A DNA stretch of 64,000 bases from the IMG/VR virus record IMGVR_UViG_2576861733_000002, positions 27,745 through 91,744 of that record; one strand, written 5' to 3'. Positions 18,226-26,255 of the stretch are shown here, in pieces (positions within the stretch are counted from its first letter, which is position 1; each line of letters begins with the position of its first letter). A program made the position numbers and the translations under genes. The notes beneath the pieces are model-generated. The model was not told the origin of the DNA, did no database searches, and saw only the letters and a program-made list of their open reading frames with translations. The stretch comes from a virus (lineage: Duplodnaviria > Caudoviricetes).

Positions 18226-18582
18226 ATGGAATTTGGACTTAAAAGAGTAATTGCCGCAGTCCGCGTGGTTACAGCCTTTAAGCGCATTTACAGCGGTGAA
18301 CCAGTCACTATCACCACTCTCAGTTCAGAGGTGAAATTGTCCGTTTCATACCTCGAACAGATTTTCGCTAAACTTCGCACCGCAGGCATTGTCACCAGCC
18401 AGCGCGGACCAGGTGGCGGCTATTTTCTGGCACATCCCGATGAGGATATCAGCGTTGCGGCGGTGATCCGCGCCGTAACCAACATCCCCGAAGACAGTGA
18501 TTTCCAGCCTGTACTGGAAACCCTCGAAGATATCTCCGTAACACGACTTGCTGCCCGGCAAAGAAAACGCCTGGCCGCATAA
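18226..18582 (+). CDS. Rrf2/IscR-like wHTH protein without Fe-S cysteines
   Basis: SVSYLEQIFAKLRTAGIVTSQRGPGGGYFLA; no Cys in the protein. Confidence 0.85.
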   Translation: MEFGLKRVIAAVRVVTAFKRIYSGEPVTITTLSSEVKLSVSYLEQIFAKLRTAGIVTSQRGPGGGYFLAHPDEDISVAAVIRAVTNIPEDSDFQPVLETLEDISVTRLAARQRKRLAA

Positions 18583-18643
18583 AGCACAAAACCCGCGCAA
18601 GGCGGGTTAAGTACCCGGTCAGCCGACCAAAGCTTTCCGGAAA

Positions 18644-18663
18644 CGAGTTTTGACCAATGACCA
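18644..18663 (+). repeat. 20-bp motif, copy 3 (leader of the exonuclease gene)
   Basis: Exact match to copies 1 and 2; enclosed by a TACCCGG/CCGGGTA stem after a terminator-like hairpin. Confidence 0.9.
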
Positions 18664-18722
18664 ACCGCAGGCGGCTGACATCAGCTGCCGGGTATCTTAC
18701 AACCCAAAGGAACCCGAACGCA

Positions 18723-20855
18723 ATGAACACCTATGCATTCCTTATCAAAGCTAAAGCAAAATCTGACGCGAAAAATCTGTTCTGCTGGCTATCTGCCAAA
18801 ACCGACGCACGTGCGGATCGTGAAATACTCAATATCCTGGAAGATGCTGGCATAGAAGTTGGCCGGGGACACAACCACCAGTTACCTGTGCGAACAAACT
18901 GGTTTGTCGTTGACGACCTGCCGGAGGAAGGTGCTCTGGATGAAACCTGGTGTGATCGTTATGAGCTTGGCGACGACGGTCTTTCATGGCAGAAAATCGT
19001 CAATATAGCAGCACCAGCACCAGCACCAGCACCAGCACCAGCACCAGCACCAGCACCAGAAAATTTGAATCCGGATGTGGGCGAAACACAACCAGGAACG
19101 CTATATGAATCAGCGCAGCCCCCGGTTGCCGGTGATTCTGATATTACTCCTGACGATGACGCAAACACTGAATACCCGGTCTCTCGCTTGCGCCTTCCTC
19201 AGCGCATTATCGCGCAGTATCTTAGTGACAAATTCCGCCACCACGTCACCATGTCACAGCGGGTTGAGATTGGTGCGATGGAACTGGACAGCGACAATAG
19301 TCATGTTCAGAACCTGCTCCTTGCAACACGAAACATCCCCGGCATCGAGAATCTGACAACACACGAACTATGGAAGTTAACCAGCGCCATCAAGTCAGTA
19401 TTCCCGGAAGAAAAACGCCATGAACTTGCTGTTATGGTTCAGTTCGTTCAGGCCTGGTCTGACACCCATCATATTGATCGTGGTCTGCTTGTGAAAGAGT
19501 GGGCTGCCGGCAAGCGCATAACGGCCATTCAACGAACAGACAGCGGTACTAACGCAGGCGGTGGTAACGCAACCGACCGTAATACCAGCTATGTCCATAC
19601 GCTTGAAACGCTCGACGCTGAGATTGCAGCCGCTACCCTGCCGATGGATTTCGATATCTACAATATCCCGTTATCTATCCATCGCCGCGCCAAAGACATT
19701 GTCGAAGGCAAAGAAAGCCCGTTCAAAGAATGGTCAGCAGCGCTGCGCAACACTCCAGGGGTGTTGGACTATTCCCGCGCGGCTATTTTTGCTGTTGTAC
19801 GCTCCGCTCCTGAAAATATCACCCACTCACCGGAAAAGCTTCGCACATTCATCAATACGTATCTCACGGAGAGCGACCACGAAAAACCAACAAAAAAAGT
19901 ACTTACGGCGGCGCGCCATATAGACAGTGTTGCTGTCGTCGCCGACGTGATTCAGGGAACCGAACCGATTGAAAGCCTCGAAAAACTTTCTACTGAATTC
20001 TCTGTGGTTGGAAAACAAGTGGCAGAGAAAATCATCACGCGGCAGGAATCCACATCACCAGTGGCAAACCTGGGTAACGGTATTTTTTCAGTTGAATCAC
20101 TCGTCAGAGAAACTCAGTCAGCGGAGAAACCAGCAGATGTGCAGATGGAAAAAACTGTCAGTGATGAAACCGCGGTTGTTGCTGAAATTCGGGAAAGCCA
20201 AACAGCAAATGTGCCAAATGAAAGCGATGTTGCAGATGGTAAACCCACAACTCCGTTAAATATGGATGCCGTTCATCAAAATGCTGAGGTTTTTTTCACC
20301 CATCTGATGGTAGATATTGAAGCGATGGGAGCAGGCCCTAATTCCCCAATAGTGGCGATTGCCGCCATATTCTTCGACCCGGCCACCAGCAGAATGGGAG
20401 CCGAGTTTTATCAGGCCGTCAGCTTGGCTTCCTCCATGTCGTTCGGCGCGCAGCCGGATGCCGACACTATTATCTGGTGGCTTAAGCAATCTTCCGAAGC
20501 CCGATCTGCGATTACCACTGATGACGCGTCAGGGTTGCTTGAGTCGCTCGAATTGCTGGCAGACTTTATCGCAGAGAACTCAGCAAATGGCAGCGATACA
20601 GTCCAGATATGGGGCAATGGCGCCACATACGATAACGTGATTTTGCGCCGGGCATTTGCGTTGACCGATACCCCCTTTCCCACACCGTTCTGGAATGATC
20701 GGGACGTCAGGACAATTGTTGAACTTGGAAAGGCTGTCGGTATAAACCCTCGCTACACCATCCCCTTCGAAGGGGAGCAGCACAACGCTCTAGCCGATGC
20801 CCGCCACCAGGTTAAATACGTTTCCGCTATCTGGCAGCGTCTGACAGCAAACTGA
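18723..20855 (+). CDS. RecE (ExoVIII)-like N-terminus fused to a DEDDh 3'-5' exonuclease
   Basis: DDLPEEGALDETWCDRYEL, RTDSGTNAGGGNATDR; C-terminal HLMVDIE, WGNGATYDNVIL, HNALADA; may start at 18657. Confidence 0.85.
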   Translation: MNTYAFLIKAKAKSDAKNLFCWLSAKTDARADREILNILEDAGIEVGRGHNHQLPVRTNWFVVDDLPEEGALDETWCDRYELGDDGLSWQKIVNIAAPAPAPAPAPAPAPAPENLNPDVGETQPGTLYESAQPPVAGDSDITPDDDANTEYPVSRLRLPQRIIAQYLSDKFRHHVTMSQRVEIGAMELDSDNSHVQNLLLATRNIPGIENLTTHELWKLTSAIKSVFPEEKRHELAVMVQFVQAWSDTHHIDRGLLVKEWAAGKRITAIQRTDSGTNAGGGNATDRNTSYVHTLETLDAEIAAATLPMDFDIYNIPLSIHRRAKDIVEGKESPFKEWSAALRNTPGVLDYSRAAIFAVVRSAPENITHSPEKLRTFINTYLTESDHEKPTKKVLTAARHIDSVAVVADVIQGTEPIESLEKLSTEFSVVGKQVAEKIITRQESTSPVANLGNGIFSVESLVRETQSAEKPADVQMEKTVSDETAVVAEIRESQTANVPNESDVADGKPTTPLNMDAVHQNAEVFFTHLMVDIEAMGAGPNSPIVAIAAIFFDPATSRMGAEFYQAVSLASSMSFGAQPDADTIIWWLKQSSEARSAITTDDASGLLESLELLADFIAENSANGSDTVQIWGNGATYDNVILRRAFALTDTPFPTPFWNDRDVRTIVELGKAVGINPRYTIPFEGEQHNALADARHQVKYVSAIWQRLTAN
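19011..19058 (+). repeat. (GCACCA)x8 in-frame microsatellite encoding (AP)8
   Basis: Counted directly in the sequence. Confidence 0.95.
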
Positions 20856-20925
20856 TTTTCAAAAATCACTATTAAACCAACCGGCCAGTTAATATTTTCT
20901 GGCCGGTCATTAAGAGAGATGACCG

Positions 20926-21204
20926 ATGCATGAACTTACGCTGTCGCCTGAGGAAATTGCAGAAATCACTGGCTACTCGCGCTATACGCATCAACAACGT
21001 CAGTTACGCTGCCACGGCATTCCATTCACCACTGATGGGCGTAACCGTCCGATCGTTTTGCGCCGGAACTTAGTTCCTGGTCTTACTGAATTACCGAAGG
21101 TTGATGAATATGTTGCAACAGAACCTGACTACGACGCAATCAATGGGCCGACCACGCAAAGATCCAAGAGACAGGCACCTGCCACCAAGGGTTATCAAAA
21201 ATAA
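20926..21204 (+). CDS. Excisionase-like protein (DUF4224)
   Basis: LSPEEIAEITGY..QLRCHGIPF..GRNRPIV; overlaps int. Confidence 0.8.
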   Translation: MHELTLSPEEIAEITGYSRYTHQQRQLRCHGIPFTTDGRNRPIVLRRNLVPGLTELPKVDEYVATEPDYDAINGPTTQRSKRQAPATKGYQK

Positions 21205-22159
21205 ATACAGCTACGTCTGGAAACCAAAGGGCACAAAATTAAGTATTACTCTGGGGAAAATACGGGATACCAGTATTTCAAAATTATGGATGCGTTATGA
21301 GGAAGAAAAAGCGAAGCGTCATGACGTCATGACTTTTGAGAAATTGTGGGGGATGTTTCTGGCTAGCCCTGCGTTCACCGAACTGGCTCCTCGCACCCAA
21401 ACCGATTACAACCAGCATCAGAAACAACTGTTGGCGGTATTTGGGAAAATGCGGGCTGATGACATTAAAATCGAACAAGTAAGAATTTATATGGATAAAC
21501 GCGGCGTTTCCAGTAAGAACCAAGCTAATCAGGAAGTATCCAGTATGTCCCGAGTTTTTGGATGGGGATTCGAACGAGGCTATGTGAAGGGTAATCCATG
21601 CAGAGGCATTCGTAAATTTACCCTCGTTGATCGTGACGTTTATATTTCTGACGAAGATTATCTGGCGATTTATGAAAATGCACGGACAGAAGTACAGGTC
21701 GCTATGGAAATAGCATATCTTTGTGCGGCGAGAGAAGGTGATGTATTCGATCTTAAAATCCCTGACCTACGTGCCGAAGGTATCTTTATTGAACAGAACA
21801 AAACAGGGAAGAAACAGATTAAGAAGTGGACTCCACGCTTACAAGCGGCTGTTGCCTTGGCAAGCAAGCACTTTGCAAATAAATCATCGGAAGGTTACGT
21901 GATCCCTTCACCTAGCGGTGGAAGGATGAACAAAAAAACATTCAATACTTGGTGGAATAACGCAAAAAAAGCAGCAGCGATAAAACTTGGCAGGAATATA
22001 CTTGGTACATTTCACGATATTAAAGCTAAAGGGATTTCTGATTACGAAGGTAGTAGCCGTGACAAACAACTTTTCTCGGGACACAAAACCGAAAACCAAG
22101 TTCTTGTTTATGACAGGAAAGTAAAGATCACTCCATCACTCGACATGCCAGAAATATAA
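21143..22159 (+). CDS. int: Tyrosine integrase
   Basis: CAAREGD, QNKTG, FHDIKAK, SGHKT, VYDRK catalytic motifs. Confidence 0.93.
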   Translation: MGRPRKDPRDRHLPPRVIKNKYSYVWKPKGTKLSITLGKIRDTSISKLWMRYEEEKAKRHDVMTFEKLWGMFLASPAFTELAPRTQTDYNQHQKQLLAVFGKMRADDIKIEQVRIYMDKRGVSSKNQANQEVSSMSRVFGWGFERGYVKGNPCRGIRKFTLVDRDVYISDEDYLAIYENARTEVQVAMEIAYLCAAREGDVFDLKIPDLRAEGIFIEQNKTGKKQIKKWTPRLQAAVALASKHFANKSSEGYVIPSPSGGRMNKKTFNTWWNNAKKAAAIKLGRNILGTFHDIKAKGISDYEGSSRDKQLFSGHKTENQVLVYDRKVKITPSLDMPEI

Positions 22160-22167
22160 AAAGGTAT

Positions 22168-22190
22168 AAAAAACCCGCAAAAGCGGGTTT
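22168..22190. terminator. Bidirectional terminator after int
   Basis: AAAAACCCGC-AAAA-GCGGGTTT. Confidence 0.75.
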
Positions 22191-22203
22191 AAATTAACTT
22201 AAA

Positions 22204-22353
22204 TCAAGCGGCTTTCTTTTCAGAACAGCCACATACAGGAATAGGAAATGGTTTTCCTTTCTTTGCGTGACGAACAACTCCATCTACACATACAGTGTAG
22301 CGGAAGATGAGTTCGCACGTATTCCCGCATTTTGGACAGGTAGTAGTTGCCAT
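22204..22353 (-). CDS. Small Cys-rich (Zn-ribbon-like) protein, 49 aa
   Basis: MATTTCPKCGNTC...PVCGC; SD GGAG. Confidence 0.55.
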   Translation of the reverse strand: MATTTCPKCGNTCELIFRYTVCVDGVVRHAKKGKPFPIPVCGCSEKKAA

Positions 22354-22527
22354 CAGCAAACTCTCCCTGCATTCCTGTAAACCCATACAGGTTGCGCATT
22401 GTTAGGAGAACCGCTAAACTTTGCTTGTCTAACACAAGTGTAGCGGATGGGTTACCTCCATTACATATCGGAAAGTTTCTCAGGCTTCCCGACCCCCCAA
22501 AGCCCTGTTCTCAGCAGGGCTTTGTTT

Positions 22528-22971
22528 TTAATCTTGTTCTACTGATTCCAAAGGCACAGACCATGGGAGTTTAATGGTGCGCATCGGAGTTCGTTCGAAT
22601 ACAGACTCAAATGCCAGTTTTAATGTGATAGATGTAAAATTTTCGAAAAACCATTCATTTGCCATATAGAATTTTTCATCAATAGGCTCATCCCCTTCTA
22701 TATCATAGAATACATCTATTTTAAGATTGGCTTCGAATGCCAGGCCCTCTTCGTCCGGTTCGTCAGGATTCTCTAGAGCTTCATCGTTATAGCCCTTGAT
22801 AGAAGCCTCTAAAGCCATTTGAGCCCAGCTTTTTTTAAGTTCCTCGTCATACCCAGAAACAAACTGACCATTGCTGACAAGCAGTTTAAAACGCCCGCCT
22901 TCACTATCCTTGTGCTCAACAAACTGTGACGAAGAAATGTCAAAACCTTTGTATTTGATTTTTTCCAACAT
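22528..22971 (-). CDS. SecB-like chaperone (putative TAC component)
   Basis: 147 aa, very acidic, beta-rich pattern ending FERTPMRTIKLPW; start overlaps hicB stop. Confidence 0.65.
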   Translation of the reverse strand: MLEKIKYKGFDISSSQFVEHKDSEGGRFKLLVSNGQFVSGYDEELKKSWAQMALEASIKGYNDEALENPDEPDEEGLAFEANLKIDVFYDIEGDEPIDEKFYMANEWFFENFTSITLKLAFESVFERTPMRTIKLPWSVPLESVEQD

Positions 22972-23429
22972 CAGTGACGAGTCCCTTTTTCAACATTCCC
23001 TATCCACTTAGACTCGCGTTCTGAGGATGAATAATACTCATGAGTGAAAACCTCAGTTCTCTCTCGCTTTTCAAAGTGAAAATGAAATTCTTTCTTATCA
23101 ACAACCTTTTCTTCGATCGCCGTTTTTACATAATCATTGAGACTCTTACCATCGGCACAAGCTGCAAGGTAAGCCTTTTTATGGAGATCTGAACCGATAC
23201 GAATGTTAAACGTACCACTCATAGGCTTCTCTGGCTCTTTGTTTAAGGCCTTGCATGTTTCCAGATAATCATCAACAGCTTCCTCAAAAGCAAGTTGTAA
23301 ACCATCAAGGGTTTCAGCTTCATAAGTCACAAGATCATTTACGCATTGGATTTTCCCATGAAGAACCCTATCTTCTAGAGAAAACTCAACACTTCCAAAA
23401 TAACCTTTAAATTTCAGCATATTACTCAT
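22971..23429 (-). CDS. hicB: HicB antitoxin with a C-terminal extension
   Basis: FKGYFGSVEFS..AFEEAVDDYLETC..SGTFNIRI (RHH) plus about 40 aa aromatic-rich tail. Confidence 0.9.
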   Translation of the reverse strand: MSNMLKFKGYFGSVEFSLEDRVLHGKIQCVNDLVTYEAETLDGLQLAFEEAVDDYLETCKALNKEPEKPMSGTFNIRIGSDLHKKAYLAACADGKSLNDYVKTAIEEKVVDKKEFHFHFEKRERTEVFTHEYYSSSERESKWIGNVEKGTRH

Positions 23430-23670
23430 AATTATCTAGCTCATCTAAAAGAGTCTTAACTTCCTTGAGTACATACCCTTTCACTATATTCCCCGGATGA
23501 GGGCAATGAAATGACACCAACCTACCGTGATCATTGACAAATTTTCTCTTTGAACCAGAACCGTTTAAAACATTAAAACCATACTGACCAAGAAGTGTAA
23601 CAAGCTCTTCCCAGGTAAAATCCTTTGGCAGCGTTCCAAGCCGCTCCCTTAGTTTCTTGCTTTTACTCAT
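23422..23670 (-). CDS. hicA: HicA toxin
   Basis: DFTWEELVTLLGQYGF..GSGSKRKF..FHCPHPGN. Confidence 0.9.
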   Translation of the reverse strand: MSKSKKLRERLGTLPKDFTWEELVTLLGQYGFNVLNGSGSKRKFVNDHGRLVSFHCPHPGNIVKGYVLKEVKTLLDELDNYE

Positions 23671-23696
23671 TCAAGTATATCCCTTGAGAGCATGTT

Positions 23697-23717
23697 TGCA
23701 ACTAAAATCCAGTTGCA
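23697..23717. promoter_or_regulatory. Probable HicB operator
   Basis: TGCAACT-N7-AGTTGCA palindrome 27 bp upstream of hicA. Confidence 0.6.
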
Positions 23718-23975
23718 TGTAATTGTATAGAAAATCCTCGGACAAAACATCACTTTTGGTAGCGATATGAACGAGAGAACTCAATACAACAGATACAAAG
23801 CAGATTTCAATCAGATGGATAAACAGTCTAATGCCATGGCTCCTGCCTCAGGAAAACGTCTCTAAGGAAGTTCCTGCAGTAATAAGGAGTTCTGAATTGA
23901 ATATATTGTAACAAGAAATTTTGAGAGCGGGGAGGAGAGATGTAAAAGACATGTATAACTATCGATTCGTGAAAA

Positions 23976-24007
23976 TATACCAAGCGAATATACCAACACT
24001 ATACCAA
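23976..24007 (+). repeat. TATACCAA x3, probable integrase arm-type sites
   Basis: Copies at 23976, 23989 and 24000 beside the att core. Confidence 0.65.
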
Positions 24008-24055
24008 CAGCAAAAAAACAAAGGGGCTAGCTTATTGCTAACCCCTTGTTTAATC

Positions 24056-24115
24056 TGGCGGAAGCGCAGAGATTCGAACTCTGGAACCCTTTCGGGTCGC
24101 CGGTTTTCAAGACCG
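24056..24115 (-). pseudogene. serT: 3' 60 nt of tRNA-Ser(UGA), serT-like; att junction between the two prophages
   Basis: CGGTCTTGAAAACCGGCGACCCGAAAGGGTTCCAGAGTTCGAATCTCTGCGCTTCCGCCA; 5' acceptor strand and D arm absent; terminator at 24012-24050. Confidence 0.92.
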
Positions 24116-24240
24116 ATAAAAACAACTTGAAAATCATAAAGTTGCATATATAAAAAAGAATATAACTAACAGTAAATTACTTTATATATCATCATGTTGT
24201 GGAATGCTGCCATATAGTTATTCTTCGTCTTTTTTGAATA

Positions 24241-24624
24241 CTACATCACAGGGCAATCATCAAACTCAAGCGTTCGCATATCGTTTACAGCGTGCGTTAC
24301 AACTCCAAAAATTCCATCGTTTTCGTCGGCCGTTTCAGGATCTATTCTCTCAGTGTGCCCGTCTTCTAACCGTTCAAAATGCCGATATGGCCTCAGCCGA
24401 AACCGGCGCAGATGAAATTCACCCGCCAGGCAGCACACAACGACAGAACCGTCGCATGGCGTGAGTGACCGATCAATGATGAGTAGCGCACCCTGCGTGA
24501 TACCGGCGCGCCAGTACGTGTTACCGGCACGCATAAAATATGTTGCATGCGGATGCGAGACAAACTGCTTATCAAGAGATAACCGGTCTTCAATGTAGTC
24601 TTGAGCAGGTGACGGAAATCCCAT
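24241..24624 (-). CDS. UmuD-like S24 protein, probably catalytically inactive
   Basis: GFPSPAQDY..ATYFMRAGNTY (GDSM serine absent)..EFHLRR (lysine absent). Confidence 0.8.
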   Translation of the reverse strand: MGFPSPAQDYIEDRLSLDKQFVSHPHATYFMRAGNTYWRAGITQGALLIIDRSLTPCDGSVVVCCLAGEFHLRRFRLRPYRHFERLEDGHTERIDPETADENDGIFGVVTHAVNDMRTLEFDDCPVM

Positions 24625-24626
24625 AA

Positions 24627-24866
24627 TCAGATACCTCCATTCGGATTGAACATAAACCAGAGCTTATCTTCGCTATGGTGAGGTGTGATGTCGCGAAAAT
24701 TACGTGTATGCGACTTGATCCAGTCGTTCGCCTGCGCAAGCGTCCAATAAAAATTAACTGCTGCAAGCTGGCGTACAAACTCGCCCGTCGTGACAACACG
24801 ACGGCCTGATGGCTCGCAATGTATGGCCTGACGAAAAGCGAAAGGAATGTCCTGGCGGCGTGGCAT
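24627..24866 (-). CDS. Small SOS-regulated protein paired with the umuD-like gene
   Basis: MPRRQDIPFAFRQAI..; directly downstream of a LexA box. Confidence 0.75.
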   Translation of the reverse strand: MPRRQDIPFAFRQAIHCEPSGRRVVTTGEFVRQLAAVNFYWTLAQANDWIKSHTRNFRDITPHHSEDKLWFMFNPNGGI

Positions 24867-24883
24867 GATAGAAGTCTCGATTA

Positions 24884-24903
24884 TACTGGTTATATATACA
24901 GTA
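24884..24903. promoter_or_regulatory. LexA (SOS) box
   Basis: TACTGGTTATATATACAGTA. Confidence 0.88.
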
Positions 24904-24978
24904 TAACCAATTATCAGGTCGATCAAGTTACTTACTGGTGCTAAACTTTGTTCCTTTCAGAATTTACTGATTTTTATA

Positions 24979-25338
24979 ATGTTAAAGCTATTTAGTCGAT
25001 ATATTTCAGTTGGCGTAATCAATACTGCACTGCACTGGGTATGCTTTGGGATGCTTCTGCATTTTGGCGCAAGCCAGGCTGTTTCAAATCTGGCCGCCTT
25101 CTGTATAGCTGTCACATTCAGCTTCTTTGCTAACGCTAAATGGACATTTCGTTCACGGGCGACATCTGGTCGCTATGTTGCGTTCGTCGCTTTTATGGGC
25201 GCTATGGCCGCCCTAATCGGTTACATATCCGATACCATGAAATTTCCGCCAGTATTAACCCTGATCACATTTTCCGGTTTTAGCCTGATAGCAGGCTTTA
25301 TTTACTCAAAACTCATTGTGTTTAGAGATGCGAAATGA
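24979..25338 (+). CDS. gtrA: Bactoprenol-glucose flippase GtrA
   Basis: [31 protein letters not shown]. Confidence 0.95.
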   Translation: MLKLFSRYISVGVINTALHWVCFGMLLHFGASQAVSNLAAFCIAVTFSFFANAKWTFRSRATSGRYVAFVAFMGAMAALIGYISDTMKFPPVLTLITFSGFSLIAGFIYSKLIVFRDAK

Positions 25339-26255
25339 AAATTTCTCTGGTCGTTCCAGTCTTCAATGAAGAAGACGCAATACCTATCTTTTATAAAACC
25401 GTAAGGGAGTTTGAAGGATTAAGAGATCATGAAGTTGAAATAGTGTTCATAAATGACGGCAGCAGAGATGCAACTGAATCGATTATTAAAGCCCTTGCTG
25501 TTAGCGATCATCTTGTTGTTCCACTCTCTTTTACGCGTAACTTCGGCAAAGAGCCTGCTCTGTTTGCCGGACTTGATCACGCAACAGGTGAAGCAATTAT
25601 CCCGATTGACGTTGACCTACAGGACCCTATAGAAGTCATTCCCCACCTGATAGAGAAATGGCAGGCTGGTGCCGATATGGTCCTTGCGAAACGAACTGAT
25701 CGCTCAACAGATGGGCGCCTTAAACGCAAAACTGCCGAATGGTTTTACAAGCTGCATAACAAAATCAGCGACCCCAAGATCGAAGAAAATGTTGGTGACT
25801 TCCGCCTGATGTCTCGCGAGGTAGTCGAAAATATCAAGATGATGCCTGAGCGTAACCTGTTCATGAAGGGCGTTCTGAGTTGGGTTGGTGGTTGTACTGA
25901 TGTTGTGGAATATACTCGCGCTGAACGCGTAGCAGGCAGCACTAAATTCAACGGATGGAAGTTATGGAATCTGGCGATTGAAGGCATAACCAGCTTTTCC
26001 ACTTTTCCTTTGCGGATGTGGACGTATATCGGTCTTGTTGTCGCAGGGATGGCTTTTATTTATGGCGCGTGGATGGTTTTAGATACGCTGGCTTTTGGAA
26101 ACCCGGTAAGAGGTTATCCGTCACTGCTTGTTTCAATACTTTTCCTTGGAGGTGTTCAATTGATAGGGATCGGTGTGCTTGGAGAATACATTGGCAGAAT
26201 TTACATTGAAACTAAAAGACGCCCTAAATATTTGCTTAAGGATTTTAAAAAATGA
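25335..26255 (+). CDS. gtrB: Bactoprenol glucosyltransferase GtrB
   Basis: [32 protein letters not shown]; two C-terminal TM helices. Confidence 0.97.
   Translation: MKISLVVPVFNEEDAIPIFYKTVREFEGLRDHEVEIVFINDGSRDATESIIKALAVSDHLVVPLSFTRNFGKEPALFAGLDHATGEAIIPIDVDLQDPIEVIPHLIEKWQAGADMVLAKRTDRSTDGRLKRKTAEWFYKLHNKISDPKIEENVGDFRLMSREVVENIKMMPERNLFMKGVLSWVGGCTDVVEYTRAERVAGSTKFNGWKLWNLAIEGITSFSTFPLRMWTYIGLVVAGMAFIYGAWMVLDTLAFGNPVRGYPSLLVSILFLGGVQLIGIGVLGEYIGRIYIETKRRPKYLLKDFKK

Larger units (their letters stand above)
1..24115. mobile_element. Prophage 1, lambdoid cos-type; left part lies outside the window
   Basis: Canonical order portal-gpW-terL-terS-cos-lysis-Q-nin-replication-cII-cro-cI-exo-xis-int, ending next to a tRNA-Ser 3' fragment. 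Confidence 0.93.

Noticed and set aside
21990-22120. Integrase HxxK instead of HxxR as a sign of inactivation
   Set aside because: The ORF is intact with the other catalytic residues present, and I recall FHDxKAK in this integrase subfamily
24056-24115. Functional tRNA-Ser gene
   Set aside because: 5' acceptor strand and D arm are missing; it is an att remnant
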